A DNA stretch of 64,000 nucleotides, taken from assembly GCA_045634485.1 (NCBI GenBank), contig JAZRAJ010000036.1, positions 22,696 through 86,695 on the forward strand, given 5' to 3'. Below are positions 35,823 through 46,479 of the stretch, piece after piece. A model generated the notes under the pieces. It searched no databases. It saw nothing but the letters and a program-made list of their open reading frames with translations, and was not told where the DNA came from. The position numbers and the translations under genes are program-made. Every line of letters begins with the position of its first letter. Position 1 is the first letter of the stretch. Source of the stretch: Eubacteriales bacterium. Its GTDB lineage: Bacteria > Bacillota > Clostridia > Oscillospirales > CAG-272.

Positions 35823-37226
35823 TTAAAATTCTATTGCCTTCTCGATATAAGCACGAAGCTCAGATATCGGAATTCTTACCTGCTCCATAGTATCTCTGTC
35901 ACGAACGGTTACACAGTTATCAACCTCGGAGTCGAAGTCGTAAGTAATGCAAAGAGGTGTACCAACCTCATCCTGACGGCGATATCTCTTACCTATCGAG
36001 CCTGCCTCATCGTAATCTACGCTGAAGTACTTAGCAAGGTCGGAGTAAATCTCCTCTGCCTTACCCGAAAGCTTCTTAGAAAGAGGAAGAACTGCAGCCT
36101 TAAAGGGTGCAAGAGCGGGATGCAAGTGCATAACAACACGAGTATCGTTCTTCTCTGCGTCAACAACCTCCTCGTCGTAAGCATCGCAAAGAACGGACAA
36201 TACGGTACGCTCAACGCCAAGGCTGGGCTCTACTACGTAAGGAACGTAGCGCTCGTTGGTTTCGGGATCAAAGTAGCTAAGATCCTTACCCGATGTGTTC
36301 TGATGCTGAGTCAAGTCGTAATCTGTACGGTCTGCAACGCCCCAAAGCTCGCCCCAACCAAACGGGAACAAGAACTCAAAGTCGGTGGTTGCCTTAGAAT
36401 AGAAGCAAAGCTCCTCGGGATCGTGGTCACGAAGGCGGATATTCTCCTCCTTAAGACCGATAGAGAGCAACCAGTTACGGCAGAACTCTCTCCAATAGCT
36501 GAACCACTCAAGGTCGGTTCCGGGCTTGCAGAAGAACTCAAGCTCCATCTGCTCAAACTCACGAACACGGAATATAAAGTTACCGGGAGTGATTTCGTTA
36601 CGGAAGGACTTACCTATCTGAGCAATACCAAAGGGAACCTTCTTTCTCGTGGTTCTCTGTACGCTTACGAAGTTTGTAAAGATACCCTGAGCCGTTTCGG
36701 GACGGAGATATACGGTGTTCTTTGCATCCTCGGTTACGCCCTGGAAGGTCTTAAACATAAGGTTAAACTGACGGATATCGGTGAAGTTGTGCTTACCGCA
36801 GGTGGGGCAAGGAATTTCATGCTCCTCAACAAACGCCTTCATCTCTGCCTGAGAGAATGCGTCGATAGGCTTTTCAAGAACGTAGCCCTTTTCTGCGCAC
36901 CAATCCTCAATAATCTTGTCCGCTCTGAATCTCTCGTGGCACTCACGGCAGTCCATAAGAGGATCTGCAAAGCCTGCAAGGTGACCCGATGCAACCCAAG
37001 TCTGGGGGTTCATAAGTATAGCGGCGTCAAGACCTACGTTATACTTATTCTCCTGAACGAACTTTTTCCACCACGCCTTTTTTACGTTGTTCTTAAGCTC
37101 TACGCCGAGAGGGCCGTAATCCCAAGTATTAGCGAGTCCTCCGTATATTTCCGAGCCGGGAAATATAAAGCCTCTTGTTTTGCAAAGAGCGACGATTTTG
37201 TCCATTGTTTTTTCTGTGTTTTTCAT
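35823..37226 (-). CDS. glyQS: Glycine--tRNA ligase (alpha2 type)
   Basis: The motifs are [24 protein letters not shown] and [25 protein letters not shown]. Confidence 0.95.
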   Translation of the reverse strand: MKNTEKTMDKIVALCKTRGFIFPGSEIYGGLANTWDYGPLGVELKNNVKKAWWKKFVQENKYNVGLDAAILMNPQTWVASGHLAGFADPLMDCRECHERFRADKIIEDWCAEKGYVLEKPIDAFSQAEMKAFVEEHEIPCPTCGKHNFTDIRQFNLMFKTFQGVTEDAKNTVYLRPETAQGIFTNFVSVQRTTRKKVPFGIAQIGKSFRNEITPGNFIFRVREFEQMELEFFCKPGTDLEWFSYWREFCRNWLLSIGLKEENIRLRDHDPEELCFYSKATTDFEFLFPFGWGELWGVADRTDYDLTQHQNTSGKDLSYFDPETNERYVPYVVEPSLGVERTVLSVLCDAYDEEVVDAEKNDTRVVMHLHPALAPFKAAVLPLSKKLSGKAEEIYSDLAKYFSVDYDEAGSIGKRYRRQDEVGTPLCITYDFDSEVDNCVTVRDRDTMEQVRIPISELRAYIEKAIEF

Positions 37227-37322
37227 ATTTACTCCTTATCTATACGCCGGCTGCGTATAAATGATTTAATAATTATCAAAGGTAATTGTACCACATACCC
37301 CGAATTTTGTCAATAGATAAAT

Positions 37323-38666
37323 TTAAGTTCCTGCAACCGAGCAGCCTCTTATTAAGGTATTTGGCGCACCAAACACGGTAAATCCTGCGGGGAAGCCGAA
37401 TTTTACGTTGCTTGAGAGTGCCTCTATGCTTTTTATAAGCTCAAAAAAGTTGCCCGCAACGGTAAAGGATTTTATAGCCGAGCCAATCTTGCCGTCCTTT
37501 ACCTCAAAGCCTGCGCTCTCGATTGAAAAATCTCCCGTAACCGCATTAGCGCCTGCGTGAAGTCCCTTAAGCTCGGTAATATAAATGCCGTTGCCAAGGC
37601 TCAAAAGCAGCTCCTCGTCGGTCATCTCTCCGCCCTCTATATAAAAGTGATAGGGCGCTATCGAAACGGCTGAGGCGTAGCTTGAGCGCACTCCGTTACC
37701 CGTACTTTCCTTGCCAACCTTATCTGCGCTTGCAAGATCGTAAAGAAGCGTTTTTAGCACGCCGTTTTCTATTACGCTCTTTTTATAGGCCGCAACGCCC
37801 TCGCCGTCAAATGCCGTTTGCATTGGGCTTGTGCTATACATAGGGTCATCAATAAGCGTAAGACAATCGGAGGCTATTTTTTCTCCCTCCTTGCCCTTAA
37901 GCAGAGAAAGTCCGAGATATGCGTTTCTGCCCGAGAAAACAGAGCTAAACGCCGAGAGCAACGCCCTCATCTGCTTGCCGTCAAAAATTATATCGTACTT
38001 ACCCGAGGGAATCTCCTTAGCGCCTATTTTTGAGAGCGCCTCGTCAATTGCCTCCTTAGGCATTTTTTCAAGCTTTTCGGCATCAAAGGATGTTTCTACA
38101 TCTCCGCCGTACTGTGATTCGCCGTCCTTAGCAACCACTGCCTGAACGAGCGCTCCGCAAACGCCAACCTCGTTTTCAAGATAGAGTCCGTGCGAATTTG
38201 CAAGAATCATCTTTGTTCTTTCCTGAAAAGCGTAGGTCTGCGTGCCATCGGTTATATATTCGCTCTGCTCGTAGGTCCTTTTTATAAGGTCAAGCGCTAC
38301 CGACTTTATCTCTGCGGCATCGCTCGTTGCCATATTCTTGGGAGCGATTTTTGCATACTCGGCAGAGCCCTTAAAAATTATCGCCTTATCGTCATTCTCG
38401 ATATATTTTGCGTTATTTTTTGCACGCTCGACAAGCTCTGCCATCTCTTCCTTAGCAAGAAGCTCGGTCGAGGCGTTGCCGATTTTACCGTTAACTATGC
38501 ATCTAAAGCAGATTCCGCCGCTAACCGTTGAGGAAAATGAGGAAATCTCATCCTTTAGGGTTTCCGCCGAAATTCCGTCGGACTCCATAAAATAGACCTC
38601 GTATTCGTCAAGCCCCGCATTTTTTGCGGCATCAAAAAGATATTCCTTTACTGAATTAAAATCCAT
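37323..38666 (-). CDS. TldD/PmbA family metalloprotease, PmbA-like subunit
   Basis: It shows family-typical C-terminal GD.S and G..I..LK G motifs (TGDFSIESAGFEVKDGKI). It is paired with tldD. Confidence 0.75.
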   Translation of the reverse strand: MDFNSVKEYLFDAAKNAGLDEYEVYFMESDGISAETLKDEISSFSSTVSGGICFRCIVNGKIGNASTELLAKEEMAELVERAKNNAKYIENDDKAIIFKGSAEYAKIAPKNMATSDAAEIKSVALDLIKRTYEQSEYITDGTQTYAFQERTKMILANSHGLYLENEVGVCGALVQAVVAKDGESQYGGDVETSFDAEKLEKMPKEAIDEALSKIGAKEIPSGKYDIIFDGKQMRALLSAFSSVFSGRNAYLGLSLLKGKEGEKIASDCLTLIDDPMYSTSPMQTAFDGEGVAAYKKSVIENGVLKTLLYDLASADKVGKESTGNGVRSSYASAVSIAPYHFYIEGGEMTDEELLLSLGNGIYITELKGLHAGANAVTGDFSIESAGFEVKDGKIGSAIKSFTVAGNFFELIKSIEALSSNVKFGFPAGFTVFGAPNTLIRGCSVAGT

Positions 38667-38678
38667 ATCCTATCCTCC

Positions 38679-40058
38679 TTATCTGCCGCCAACGGTTATC
38701 TTTTTTACTCTAATAAGCGGTTGACCCACGTCGGTGGGAACGCTTCCGCTGCTTGAGCCACACATTCCCTGACCTGTTGCAAGATTTTGACCTACCATAT
38801 CGATATCCTGCAATATCTTAGAGCCTGTGCCAATAAGCGATGCACCTCTCACAGGCTCGCAAATCTTACCGTTACGCACCATATAGCCCTCGGTTACGGC
38901 AAAGTTAAATGCGCCTGTAAGCGGATTTACAGATCCACCGCCCATCTGCTTTGCGTAGAGTCCGTATTCGATAGAAGCAATAATATCCTCGTTTTTATCG
39001 GGACCGTTATCGATAAAGGTATTGGTCATACGTGAGGTAGGCTCGTAAATATAGCTTTGCCTACGGCTATTACCCGTCATAGGCATACCCATTCTGCGTG
39101 AGCCGAGTCTATCCACCATATATCCCTTAAGAACGCCGTTTTCTATAAGCACATTTCTTTGCGTGGGATTTCCCTCATCATCGATGTTGGTTGAGCCCCA
39201 AGCGCCCGCTATCGTTCCGTCATCTATTGCGGTTATCTTCTCATTTGCAATTTTTTGTCCGAGCTTTCCGCACATTTCCGACATACCAACGCCTACCTGA
39301 GTTGCCTCAAGCGTGTGTCCGCACGCCTCGTGGAAGATTACTCCGCCAAAGCCGTTTTCAATTGCAACGGTCATCTGCCCTGCCTCGCAATACGAAGCAC
39401 GGAGGTTTACCATAGCCTGCTCTGCGGCACGTCTACCGGTTTCTGTGGGAGAAATGAAATCAAACATTTCAAGTCCCATTCCTCGTCCCGGAGAAGCCGA
39501 GCCCGATTGATTTTCGCCATTCTCGCTTGCAACCGCGCTAACGGCAATTCTCGTTCTCGTGTGAGAATCCTCGCAAAGAAGCCCCTCGGAGTTAGCCACC
39601 AAAATATCGTGCTTAACGGCGGCAAGACTACCCGTTACCTGAGAGATAAGCGAATTATATTCCTTTGCGGCAAAGCATGCCGACTTTAAAATATCACTCT
39701 TTAAGCCGATATCCGCGCTTACAGGGCTTATTTTTACAGGGTGTATATCTATTATATTTTTTCTGTTAAGACAAATCGAAATAGGTGCCTTACCCTCAGA
39801 AAGTGCATCGGCAACGGATTTTGCGCAGGAGAGCAAGCCCTCACGCGAAATATCCGAGGTAGACGCATAAACCGTTCTTTCGCCGAGGAAAACTCTAATT
39901 CCAACGCCAGAAAGCACGTTATCGTTTATTTTATCTATCTTTCCGTCAACGAAGGAAAGCACGTTAGAACGTGTATGCTCGCAAAACACCTCTGCAAAAT
40001 CTCCCCCTCTTGAAAGTGCCGTATAAAGCACCTCGGAGAGCAATTCTTGTTTTATCAT
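38679..40058 (-). CDS. tldD: TldD family metalloprotease
   Basis: The HEACGH zinc motif is present (GGVIFHEACGHTLEA). The C-terminal motif is GAFNFAVTEGYMVRNGKI. Confidence 0.8.
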   Translation of the reverse strand: MIKQELLSEVLYTALSRGGDFAEVFCEHTRSNVLSFVDGKIDKINDNVLSGVGIRVFLGERTVYASTSDISREGLLSCAKSVADALSEGKAPISICLNRKNIIDIHPVKISPVSADIGLKSDILKSACFAAKEYNSLISQVTGSLAAVKHDILVANSEGLLCEDSHTRTRIAVSAVASENGENQSGSASPGRGMGLEMFDFISPTETGRRAAEQAMVNLRASYCEAGQMTVAIENGFGGVIFHEACGHTLEATQVGVGMSEMCGKLGQKIANEKITAIDDGTIAGAWGSTNIDDEGNPTQRNVLIENGVLKGYMVDRLGSRRMGMPMTGNSRRQSYIYEPTSRMTNTFIDNGPDKNEDIIASIEYGLYAKQMGGGSVNPLTGAFNFAVTEGYMVRNGKICEPVRGASLIGTGSKILQDIDMVGQNLATGQGMCGSSSGSVPTDVGQPLIRVKKITVGGR

Positions 40059-40079
40059 ATAAAACCTCGTTTAAAAAAA

Positions 40080-41216
40080 TTAATCTTGGCTTCTCTCGCC
40101 CAAAATATTTCTATACTTCTGATAGAAGCTTTCAAAATATCCACCGTCAAGAGCGTTTCTTATCTCTCTTGTAAGATTATTATAGAAATACAAATTGTGC
40201 GCAACCGCAAGGCGCATACCAAGCGATTCCTTTGCCTTAATCCGCTGGCGGATGTAGGAACGGCTATAGTTACGACAAGCGTAGCATCCGCAATTCTCGT
40301 CAAACGGACGGGGGTCCTTTGCATACTTTTCGTTAAGCAAATTCATTTTACCGTGCCATGTAAAGAGATTTCCGTGACGTGCGTTACGGCTTGGCATTAC
40401 GCAATCAAAGAAGTCCACGCCCATATGAACCGCCTCCAAAATATTGCAGGGAGTTCCAACACCCATAAGATATCTTGGCTTATTCTTTGGCATATGAGGC
40501 TCGACTACGTCGATAATTCTATACATATCCTCGGTAGCCTCTCCAACCGCAAGACCTCCTATTGCGTATCCCGCAAGGTCAAGCTCTGCTATCTTGTGCA
40601 TATGCTCTATACGAAGGTCCTCATACGTTCCGCCCTGATTTATACCAAACAAAAGCTGATTTTTGTTTATCGTTTCGGGCAAGGAGTTAAGTCTGTCCAT
40701 CTCGGTCTTGCAACGAACGAGCCAACGAACCGTTCTATCGCAGGAGTCCTTTACGTACTTATAGGGTGCAGGATTCTCGATGCACTCGTCAAACGCCATT
40801 GCTATTGTTGAGGCAAGGTTTGACTGAATCTGCATGCTCTCCTCGGGTCCCATAAATATTCTCTTACCGTCGATATGCGAAGCAAAGCGAACGCCCTCCT
40901 CGCTTATTTTACGCAGCTGAGAGAGAGAAAATACCTGAAATCCACCGCTATCGGTAAGGATAGGACGCTGCCAGTTCATAAACTTGTGAAGACCGCCCAT
41001 ATCGTGAATAAGCTTATCGCCCGGACGCAAATGCAAGTGATAGGTGTTGGAAAGCTCTACCTGACAATCAAGGTCAATAAGCTCTCGGCTTGAAACACCG
41101 CCCTTAATTGCCGCGCAGGTTCCAACGTTCATAAATACCGGAGTTTGTATATCTCCGTGGACGGTATGTAAAACGCCTCTGCGCGCTCTGCCGTCCGTTG
41201 CTAAAATTTCAAACAT
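40080..41216 (-). CDS. tgt: tRNA guanosine(34) transglycosylase
   Basis: Motifs are FEILATDGRARRG.LHT.HG...TP.FM.VGT, LTDSGGFQ and the zinc site CxCxxC (CGCYACRNYSRSY). I chose the ATG at 41214-41216 behind GGAAGGAA. Confidence 0.95.
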   Translation of the reverse strand: MFEILATDGRARRGVLHTVHGDIQTPVFMNVGTCAAIKGGVSSRELIDLDCQVELSNTYHLHLRPGDKLIHDMGGLHKFMNWQRPILTDSGGFQVFSLSQLRKISEEGVRFASHIDGKRIFMGPEESMQIQSNLASTIAMAFDECIENPAPYKYVKDSCDRTVRWLVRCKTEMDRLNSLPETINKNQLLFGINQGGTYEDLRIEHMHKIAELDLAGYAIGGLAVGEATEDMYRIIDVVEPHMPKNKPRYLMGVGTPCNILEAVHMGVDFFDCVMPSRNARHGNLFTWHGKMNLLNEKYAKDPRPFDENCGCYACRNYSRSYIRQRIKAKESLGMRLAVAHNLYFYNNLTREIRNALDGGYFESFYQKYRNILGERSQD

Positions 41217-41260
41217 TATATAATTTCCTTCCGTGTAAAATACTAAAACTTTAAAACAAA

Positions 41261-43360
41261 TCAAGTTCTTTCAAACTGTCTGTCAAGATTTTTCTTATCA
41301 AGAATCATCGCAACCGGGCGACCGTGAGGACAAACCGTTATATCGGGAATTTCCATAAGCTTATCAACTATTCGCTTTATTTGCTCCTTGGAGTATTCCC
41401 TGCCCGCCTTAATAGCCGCCTTGCAGGAGGCTTGGTAAAGAGCCTTTTCGAATATAATATCCTTCGTAAGCCCTGCGCTTCCCGTTCCGCTCTTAATGCG
41501 CTCCGCCATAACGAGCAGCATATCCACGATACCGTCGGAGTCAACGCCCTCGGGAATTGCAATTACCGAAAGCGAATACTTGCCCACGTCAAACTCAAAG
41601 CCAACCGCCTCAACCTCGGAGCGATAATCGCAGATGGCTTGAATCTCGTCGCTCGTCATCATAATCTCAATGGGAAGCATAAGCATTTGAGAATTGATTT
41701 TAACATCCTTAAGTCCTGCCCTCAGCTGCTCAAAGATTATTCTCTCGTGCGCGGCGTGCTTATCTATAAGAAGCATTTCACTGCCCCTCTCAACTATTAC
41801 GTAGGAGTTAAATACCTCTCCGACTATTCCGTATTGCAAGGATTCAAGCGTTGCCTCGGGCTCTGGCGTGGGTATTGCTATAGGCTCCTCATTCTTTGGC
41901 ATCTGCTCCACCGCTTGGGTTACCGTAGGCGTATAAATATCCGTCTTTTGCTCGACAACGGTTGGAGTATTTACCCTTATCGGCTCTGCCTTAATAGGCT
42001 CTGATGCCTTTATCGGCGTTGCATACGAGGTCTTTGCGTCCTCCGCTCTGGGTTGCGCTATATTTACCGTTGCACGTGCCTCGCGTGTCTTAGGACTTGC
42101 AAAGCTATTTCTGTATTCCTCGGCGGTAATATGCGAAAAATACGAATTTTGAGGCTGTGACTCTTGCTTATCCTCGCTAACCGTAGCACTAACGCTTGGC
42201 TTGCTAACGCTTGCCGTATATGAGGTGCTTGCGGAAAGTGGCGTAGCCCTTCTATAAAGCTCCGCCTCTATCTGCTGCGACTTTGCCGACTCTCGCCTGC
42301 CGTCCTCTATCGGAACGTAGGCATCGCTAACCTTTCGCTTTGGCGCAGAAAGGTCGACGCTTGGTCTTGCGCTATTATTTTCAAGTGCGGCTCTAACCGC
42401 ATAGTAAACCGTTTCAAATATAGGCTTCTCATTTGAAAACTTTACCTCAAGCTTTGCGGGGTGAACGTTTACGTCAACAAGCGCAGGGTCTATATCCAAA
42501 AACAATACGCAGCACGGAAATCTCTCGCTTGCGATATACGAGGTATAGGCTTGCTCGAGCGCCGCCATAGCGGTTCGGCTTTTAACGTATCTACCATTTA
42601 TAAAGAAATTCTGGTAATTTCGGTTTGCTCTTATATTATCGGGTCTGCCAACGAAGCCCCGAACGGTAATACCGTCTGAGGTAAGCTTGGTTTCTATAAG
42701 CTTTGAAGCAAACTCTCTGCCAAACACCGCATAAACTGTATTCTTTAGGCTTCCGTCACCCGTGGTTTCTATTTTAACGTTTCCGTCAATTATAAGCTTA
42801 AAAAATATATCGGGGCGTGAAAGCGCTATTTTTTCCACAACCGCACTTACCGACATAGCCTCGGTAACATCCTTTTTTAAAAACTTCTTTCTTGCGGGAA
42901 CGTTTGCAAAAAGATTTTCAACTATAACCGAGGTTCCGTCGGCGCACGGTCTATCGGTAACGCCTAATATATTACCTCCGCTTGCCTCAAGCATGGCGCC
43001 CGTTTTAGCATCCTTTTGCTTTGATATAATTCTCATATCCGACACCGAAGCGATTGCCGCAAGCGCTTCTCCTCTAAATCCAAGAGTGAGAATAGCGTTT
43101 AAATCCTCGGCATCCTTTATCTTACTCGTTGCGTGTCGGCGAATTGCAATAGGAAGATCCTCCTTTGAGATACCGCATCCGTTATCGGTAACTCGCATAT
43201 AGGTAACTCCGCCATTTTGTATTTCTACGGTTATACTGTTTGCTCCCGAATCTATTGCATTTTCCAAAAGCTCCTTTATTACCGACGAGGGTCTGTCAAC
43301 AACCTCGCCCGCCGCTATCAAATTTGCAACCGCAAAGGACAGTACGTTTATCTTACCCAT
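41261..43360 (-). CDS. mutL: DNA mismatch repair protein MutL
   Basis: The motifs are IAAGEVVDRPSSVIKELLENAIDSGA and the C-terminal endonuclease-type motif DKHAAHERI. I chose the start MGKINVL behind AGGAGG. Confidence 0.95.
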   Translation of the reverse strand: MGKINVLSFAVANLIAAGEVVDRPSSVIKELLENAIDSGANSITVEIQNGGVTYMRVTDNGCGISKEDLPIAIRRHATSKIKDAEDLNAILTLGFRGEALAAIASVSDMRIISKQKDAKTGAMLEASGGNILGVTDRPCADGTSVIVENLFANVPARKKFLKKDVTEAMSVSAVVEKIALSRPDIFFKLIIDGNVKIETTGDGSLKNTVYAVFGREFASKLIETKLTSDGITVRGFVGRPDNIRANRNYQNFFINGRYVKSRTAMAALEQAYTSYIASERFPCCVLFLDIDPALVDVNVHPAKLEVKFSNEKPIFETVYYAVRAALENNSARPSVDLSAPKRKVSDAYVPIEDGRRESAKSQQIEAELYRRATPLSASTSYTASVSKPSVSATVSEDKQESQPQNSYFSHITAEEYRNSFASPKTREARATVNIAQPRAEDAKTSYATPIKASEPIKAEPIRVNTPTVVEQKTDIYTPTVTQAVEQMPKNEEPIAIPTPEPEATLESLQYGIVGEVFNSYVIVERGSEMLLIDKHAAHERIIFEQLRAGLKDVKINSQMLMLPIEIMMTSDEIQAICDYRSEVEAVGFEFDVGKYSLSVIAIPEGVDSDGIVDMLLVMAERIKSGTGSAGLTKDIIFEKALYQASCKAAIKAGREYSKEQIKRIVDKLMEIPDITVCPHGRPVAMILDKKNLDRQFERT

Positions 43361-43414
43361 AAAAAATCCTCCTTTCCAAAAATTCAATTAAAATTTAAAA
43401 TTCAAATAAAAATA

Positions 43415-46003
43415 TTACTTCAAGCGCTTTTGTAAATTAAACAAAAAGCTCATCGCCTCGTAGGGAGAAAGCGTGTTTATATCAACCGCCTTAAGCTCCT
43501 CTATTACCTGCTCGTTTACAAAATCGTCTATACTAATAAGCGTATCGTCAACCTCCATAGGCTTTGCGTTGTTTTCGCCTATTGCCTTTGCCGTACGCTC
43601 TACCGACGCCAATACCTCCCTTGCACGCTTAATTACCTCGTTGGGTATTCCGGCAAGCTTTGCAACCTCAATACCGTAGCTATCGTCGGTTGAGCCTCTT
43701 ACTATCTTGCGAAGGAAGGTAATATTATCTCCACGCTTCTTTGCCGCAATATTGTAGTTAACTATACCCTCAAATTCATCCTCCATTGAGGTAAGCTCGT
43801 GATAGTGCGTTGCAAAAAGTGTTTTTGCGCCAATCTTTTTGCCGTTTGTATATTCAATTATCGCTCTTGCAATGCTCATTCCGTCAAAGGTTGACGTACC
43901 ACGTCCTACCTCATCGTAAATAATAAGGCTCTGCTTGGTTGCGTTGCGAAGAATATAGGCAACCTCGTTCATTTCAAGCATAAAGGTTGACTGTCCGCTT
44001 GCAAGATCGTCGGATGCTCCAACACGTGTGAAGAGCTTATCTATAACGCCTATTCTCGCCTCATTTGCGGGAACGAAGGAGCCTATCTGCGCCATTACAA
44101 CTATTATCGCAACCTGTCGCATATAGGTCGATTTACCCGCCATATTAGGGCCTGTAATAAGCATCAAGCGATTTTTCTTGGTGTCAAGCTCGGCATCGTT
44201 TGGAACGAAATAGGAATCCTTAACGAACTGCTCGACAACCGGATGTCGTCCGTCCTTGATTGATATAACGTCGCTCTTATCAACCTCGGGACGAATATAT
44301 TTATTTTTAAATGCAACCGTTGCAAGGCTTTGGTATACATCAAGTCTTGCAAGCAACGCCGCCACTCTTTGAAGTCTTGCGCTGTTGTCGGCTACGTACT
44401 GTCTTACCTCGCAGAATATCTCGTACTCAAGAGTTTGAAGCTTATCGGATGCTCCGAGTATAGTCGCCTCCATATCCTTAAGCTCCTGCGTTATATAGCG
44501 CTCGCCGTTTGCAAGCGTTTGCTTACGTATATAATCCTCGGGAACAGAGTCAACAAAAGATTTTGAAACCTCTATATAATAGCCAAACACCTTGTTGTAG
44601 CCTATCTTTAGAGTTCTTATTCCGGTGCGCTCTCTTTCTGCCTCGGCAACTCTGCTAATCCAGCTCTTACCGTCGGTCATAACCGAGCGCAAATAATCAA
44701 CGTCGGAGTTAAAGCCCTCGGCAATCATTCCGCCCTCTCGTATCGAAACGGGAGGATTTTCGCAGATAGCAATGTCTATTCTTTGGTATATGTCATCTAA
44801 TGTTTCAAGGTCGGAGTAAAGAGCCGAAAGCTCGTCCGAGCGGCATCCGTAAAGAAGCTCCTTAAGCTCGGGCAATATCTTAACCGTGTTGGCAACCGCA
44901 CGAAGGTCGCGGGCGTTTGCCGTGCCGTAAACTATTCTCGTTACAAGCCTTTCAATGTCAAGCACGTTTGAGAGAAGCTCCCTAATCTCCTCACGGAGAA
45001 TAAAATTGCCCATAAGCTCCTCTACGGCGTTTTGACGTCTTGTTATATCCGAAATTCTAAGCAAGGGATGCTCCACCCATTGGGTAAGCATTCTCGCTCC
45101 CGCCGCACTTACGGTTTTATCAAGCACGTATAAAAGCGAGCCCTTTTTCTCCTTTGTTCTCATGGTTTGAACAAGCTCAAGATTTCGTCTTGTATTTATA
45201 TCCATTTCAAGGTACTGACCGTCGTTATAAACCGTCAAATCCTTTATGTAGGAAATATCCTTCTTCTGCGTTTCCTCGATATAGGCAAGAAGTGCGCCGA
45301 GAGCGGAAACGAGCGCCTTGTTTTCAAGCTCGTTATCCTTTACCGACTCGGCAAAGTGTGAGCGTACTCTATCCCTTGACTCATCGAATTGGAACTGCGT
45401 TGGGCGATTATCGTTAAGCATAGCGCCGAGATTGGAGCGAATGAAATCCGATATCTCGGGAGCCTTTGATGCACTTAGGTTAAGCACCACCTCTGACGGA
45501 GCGTACGTGCCAAGCTCGTTACGAAGCTTGCTTATCATCTCGTCGCCGCAAAAATAGGTGGCAAAAACACGTGCCGTGGAAACGTCGGCAAATGCAAGTC
45601 CGCAATCGTTCTCACCCATAAAAATTGCGCAAAGATAGTTGTTTTTCGTTTCGGAAAGCAAATTACTCTCTATAACCGTTCCGGGCGTTACAACACGTAT
45701 TACCTCACGCTTAACGAGTCCCTTTGCAAGCGCAGGGTCCTCGGTCTGCTCACAGATAGCAACCTTATATCCCTTGCTCACGAGAGTGCCGATATAGCCC
45801 TCCGAGCTATGGAACGGAACTCCGCACATAGGCGCACGCTCCGCCTCTCCGCAATCTCTGCCCGTAAGGGTAAGCTCAAGCTCACGCGAGGCAAGAATTG
45901 CATCGTCAAAGAACATCTCGTAAAAGTCGCCAAGACGGTAAAAAACTATATAATCCTTATATTTATTTTTTATTTCAAAATACTGCTCCATCATTGGAGT
46001 CAT
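43415..46003 (-). CDS. mutS: DNA mismatch repair protein MutS
   Basis: Motifs are MTPMMEQYFEIK and GDFYEMFFDDA. Walker A is GPNMAGKST, and DEVGRGTST is present. Confidence 0.95.
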   Translation of the reverse strand: MTPMMEQYFEIKNKYKDYIVFYRLGDFYEMFFDDAILASRELELTLTGRDCGEAERAPMCGVPFHSSEGYIGTLVSKGYKVAICEQTEDPALAKGLVKREVIRVVTPGTVIESNLLSETKNNYLCAIFMGENDCGLAFADVSTARVFATYFCGDEMISKLRNELGTYAPSEVVLNLSASKAPEISDFIRSNLGAMLNDNRPTQFQFDESRDRVRSHFAESVKDNELENKALVSALGALLAYIEETQKKDISYIKDLTVYNDGQYLEMDINTRRNLELVQTMRTKEKKGSLLYVLDKTVSAAGARMLTQWVEHPLLRISDITRRQNAVEELMGNFILREEIRELLSNVLDIERLVTRIVYGTANARDLRAVANTVKILPELKELLYGCRSDELSALYSDLETLDDIYQRIDIAICENPPVSIREGGMIAEGFNSDVDYLRSVMTDGKSWISRVAEAERERTGIRTLKIGYNKVFGYYIEVSKSFVDSVPEDYIRKQTLANGERYITQELKDMEATILGASDKLQTLEYEIFCEVRQYVADNSARLQRVAALLARLDVYQSLATVAFKNKYIRPEVDKSDVISIKDGRHPVVEQFVKDSYFVPNDAELDTKKNRLMLITGPNMAGKSTYMRQVAIIVVMAQIGSFVPANEARIGVIDKLFTRVGASDDLASGQSTFMLEMNEVAYILRNATKQSLIIYDEVGRGTSTFDGMSIARAIIEYTNGKKIGAKTLFATHYHELTSMEDEFEGIVNYNIAAKKRGDNITFLRKIVRGSTDDSYGIEVAKLAGIPNEVIKRAREVLASVERTAKAIGENNAKPMEVDDTLISIDDFVNEQVIEELKAVDINTLSPYEAMSFLFNLQKRLK

Positions 46004-46050
46004 AGCGCATTCCTCACTTTACAAAAAATCTAAAGACCTAAAATACTAAA

Positions 46051-46443
46051 TCAGTGCGCGCAAGCGCCTCCGCAGGTGGAGCAATTGTGCGTACAGCTGC
46101 TGGGAATCTCGCCGGTTATCTCAAAGCTTATAGCGTTGTTAACGGCGTTCATAAGCTCGTTAACCTCTGCCTGAGCCTCGTTAAGCTCAACGAATATCGG
46201 ATGCTCCATTATAAGCTTATAAAGCTCGTCTATTCTCTTTTGAATTACGTCGATAAAAAGAGTATCTCTTTCGGGCTTTGTAAGCTCGACCTGCAAAGCC
46301 TTTTGCTGAACCTCGTACTCTATCATATATTTTTTAATAAGGTTATCGCCCTCATAAGCTTTTTTAGCCTCTGCAAGACGAACAAGCTTTTCATCCTCCT
46401 TAAGTGCCTTTCCAAGCTCTGCCGCAAGTTCAAAAACTGTCAT
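46051..46443 (-). CDS. YlbF/YmcA (RicA-like) family regulator with a C-terminal four-Cys cluster
   Basis: It has a helical YlbF-family pattern and lies between miaB and mutS, as ymcA does in B. subtilis. The C-terminus is CTHNCSTCGGACAH. Confidence 0.65.
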   Translation of the reverse strand: MTVFELAAELGKALKEDEKLVRLAEAKKAYEGDNLIKKYMIEYEVQQKALQVELTKPERDTLFIDVIQKRIDELYKLIMEHPIFVELNEAQAEVNELMNAVNNAISFEITGEIPSSCTHNCSTCGGACAH

Positions 46444-46479
46444 TTTTTATTCCTCTTTCTGTTATATTAGATTTATATT

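Noticed and set aside
36120-37316. 398-aa plus-strand ORF
   Set aside because: It is entirely antisense to glyQS, whose translation carries unmistakable GlyRS motifs. The antisense product has no motif and an odd composition.
37227-37322. Possible T-box upstream of glyQS (and of hisS at 62551-62740)
   Set aside because: The glyQS upstream gap is only ~96 nt, and neither region contains the GGTGGTACCGCG T-box sequence or a terminator hairpin.
40047-42004. Plus-strand ORFs of 254 aa and 226 aa (40047-40811, 41324-42004)
   Set aside because: They are antisense to tgt and mutL, both of which are clearly real. They are typical long shadow ORFs.
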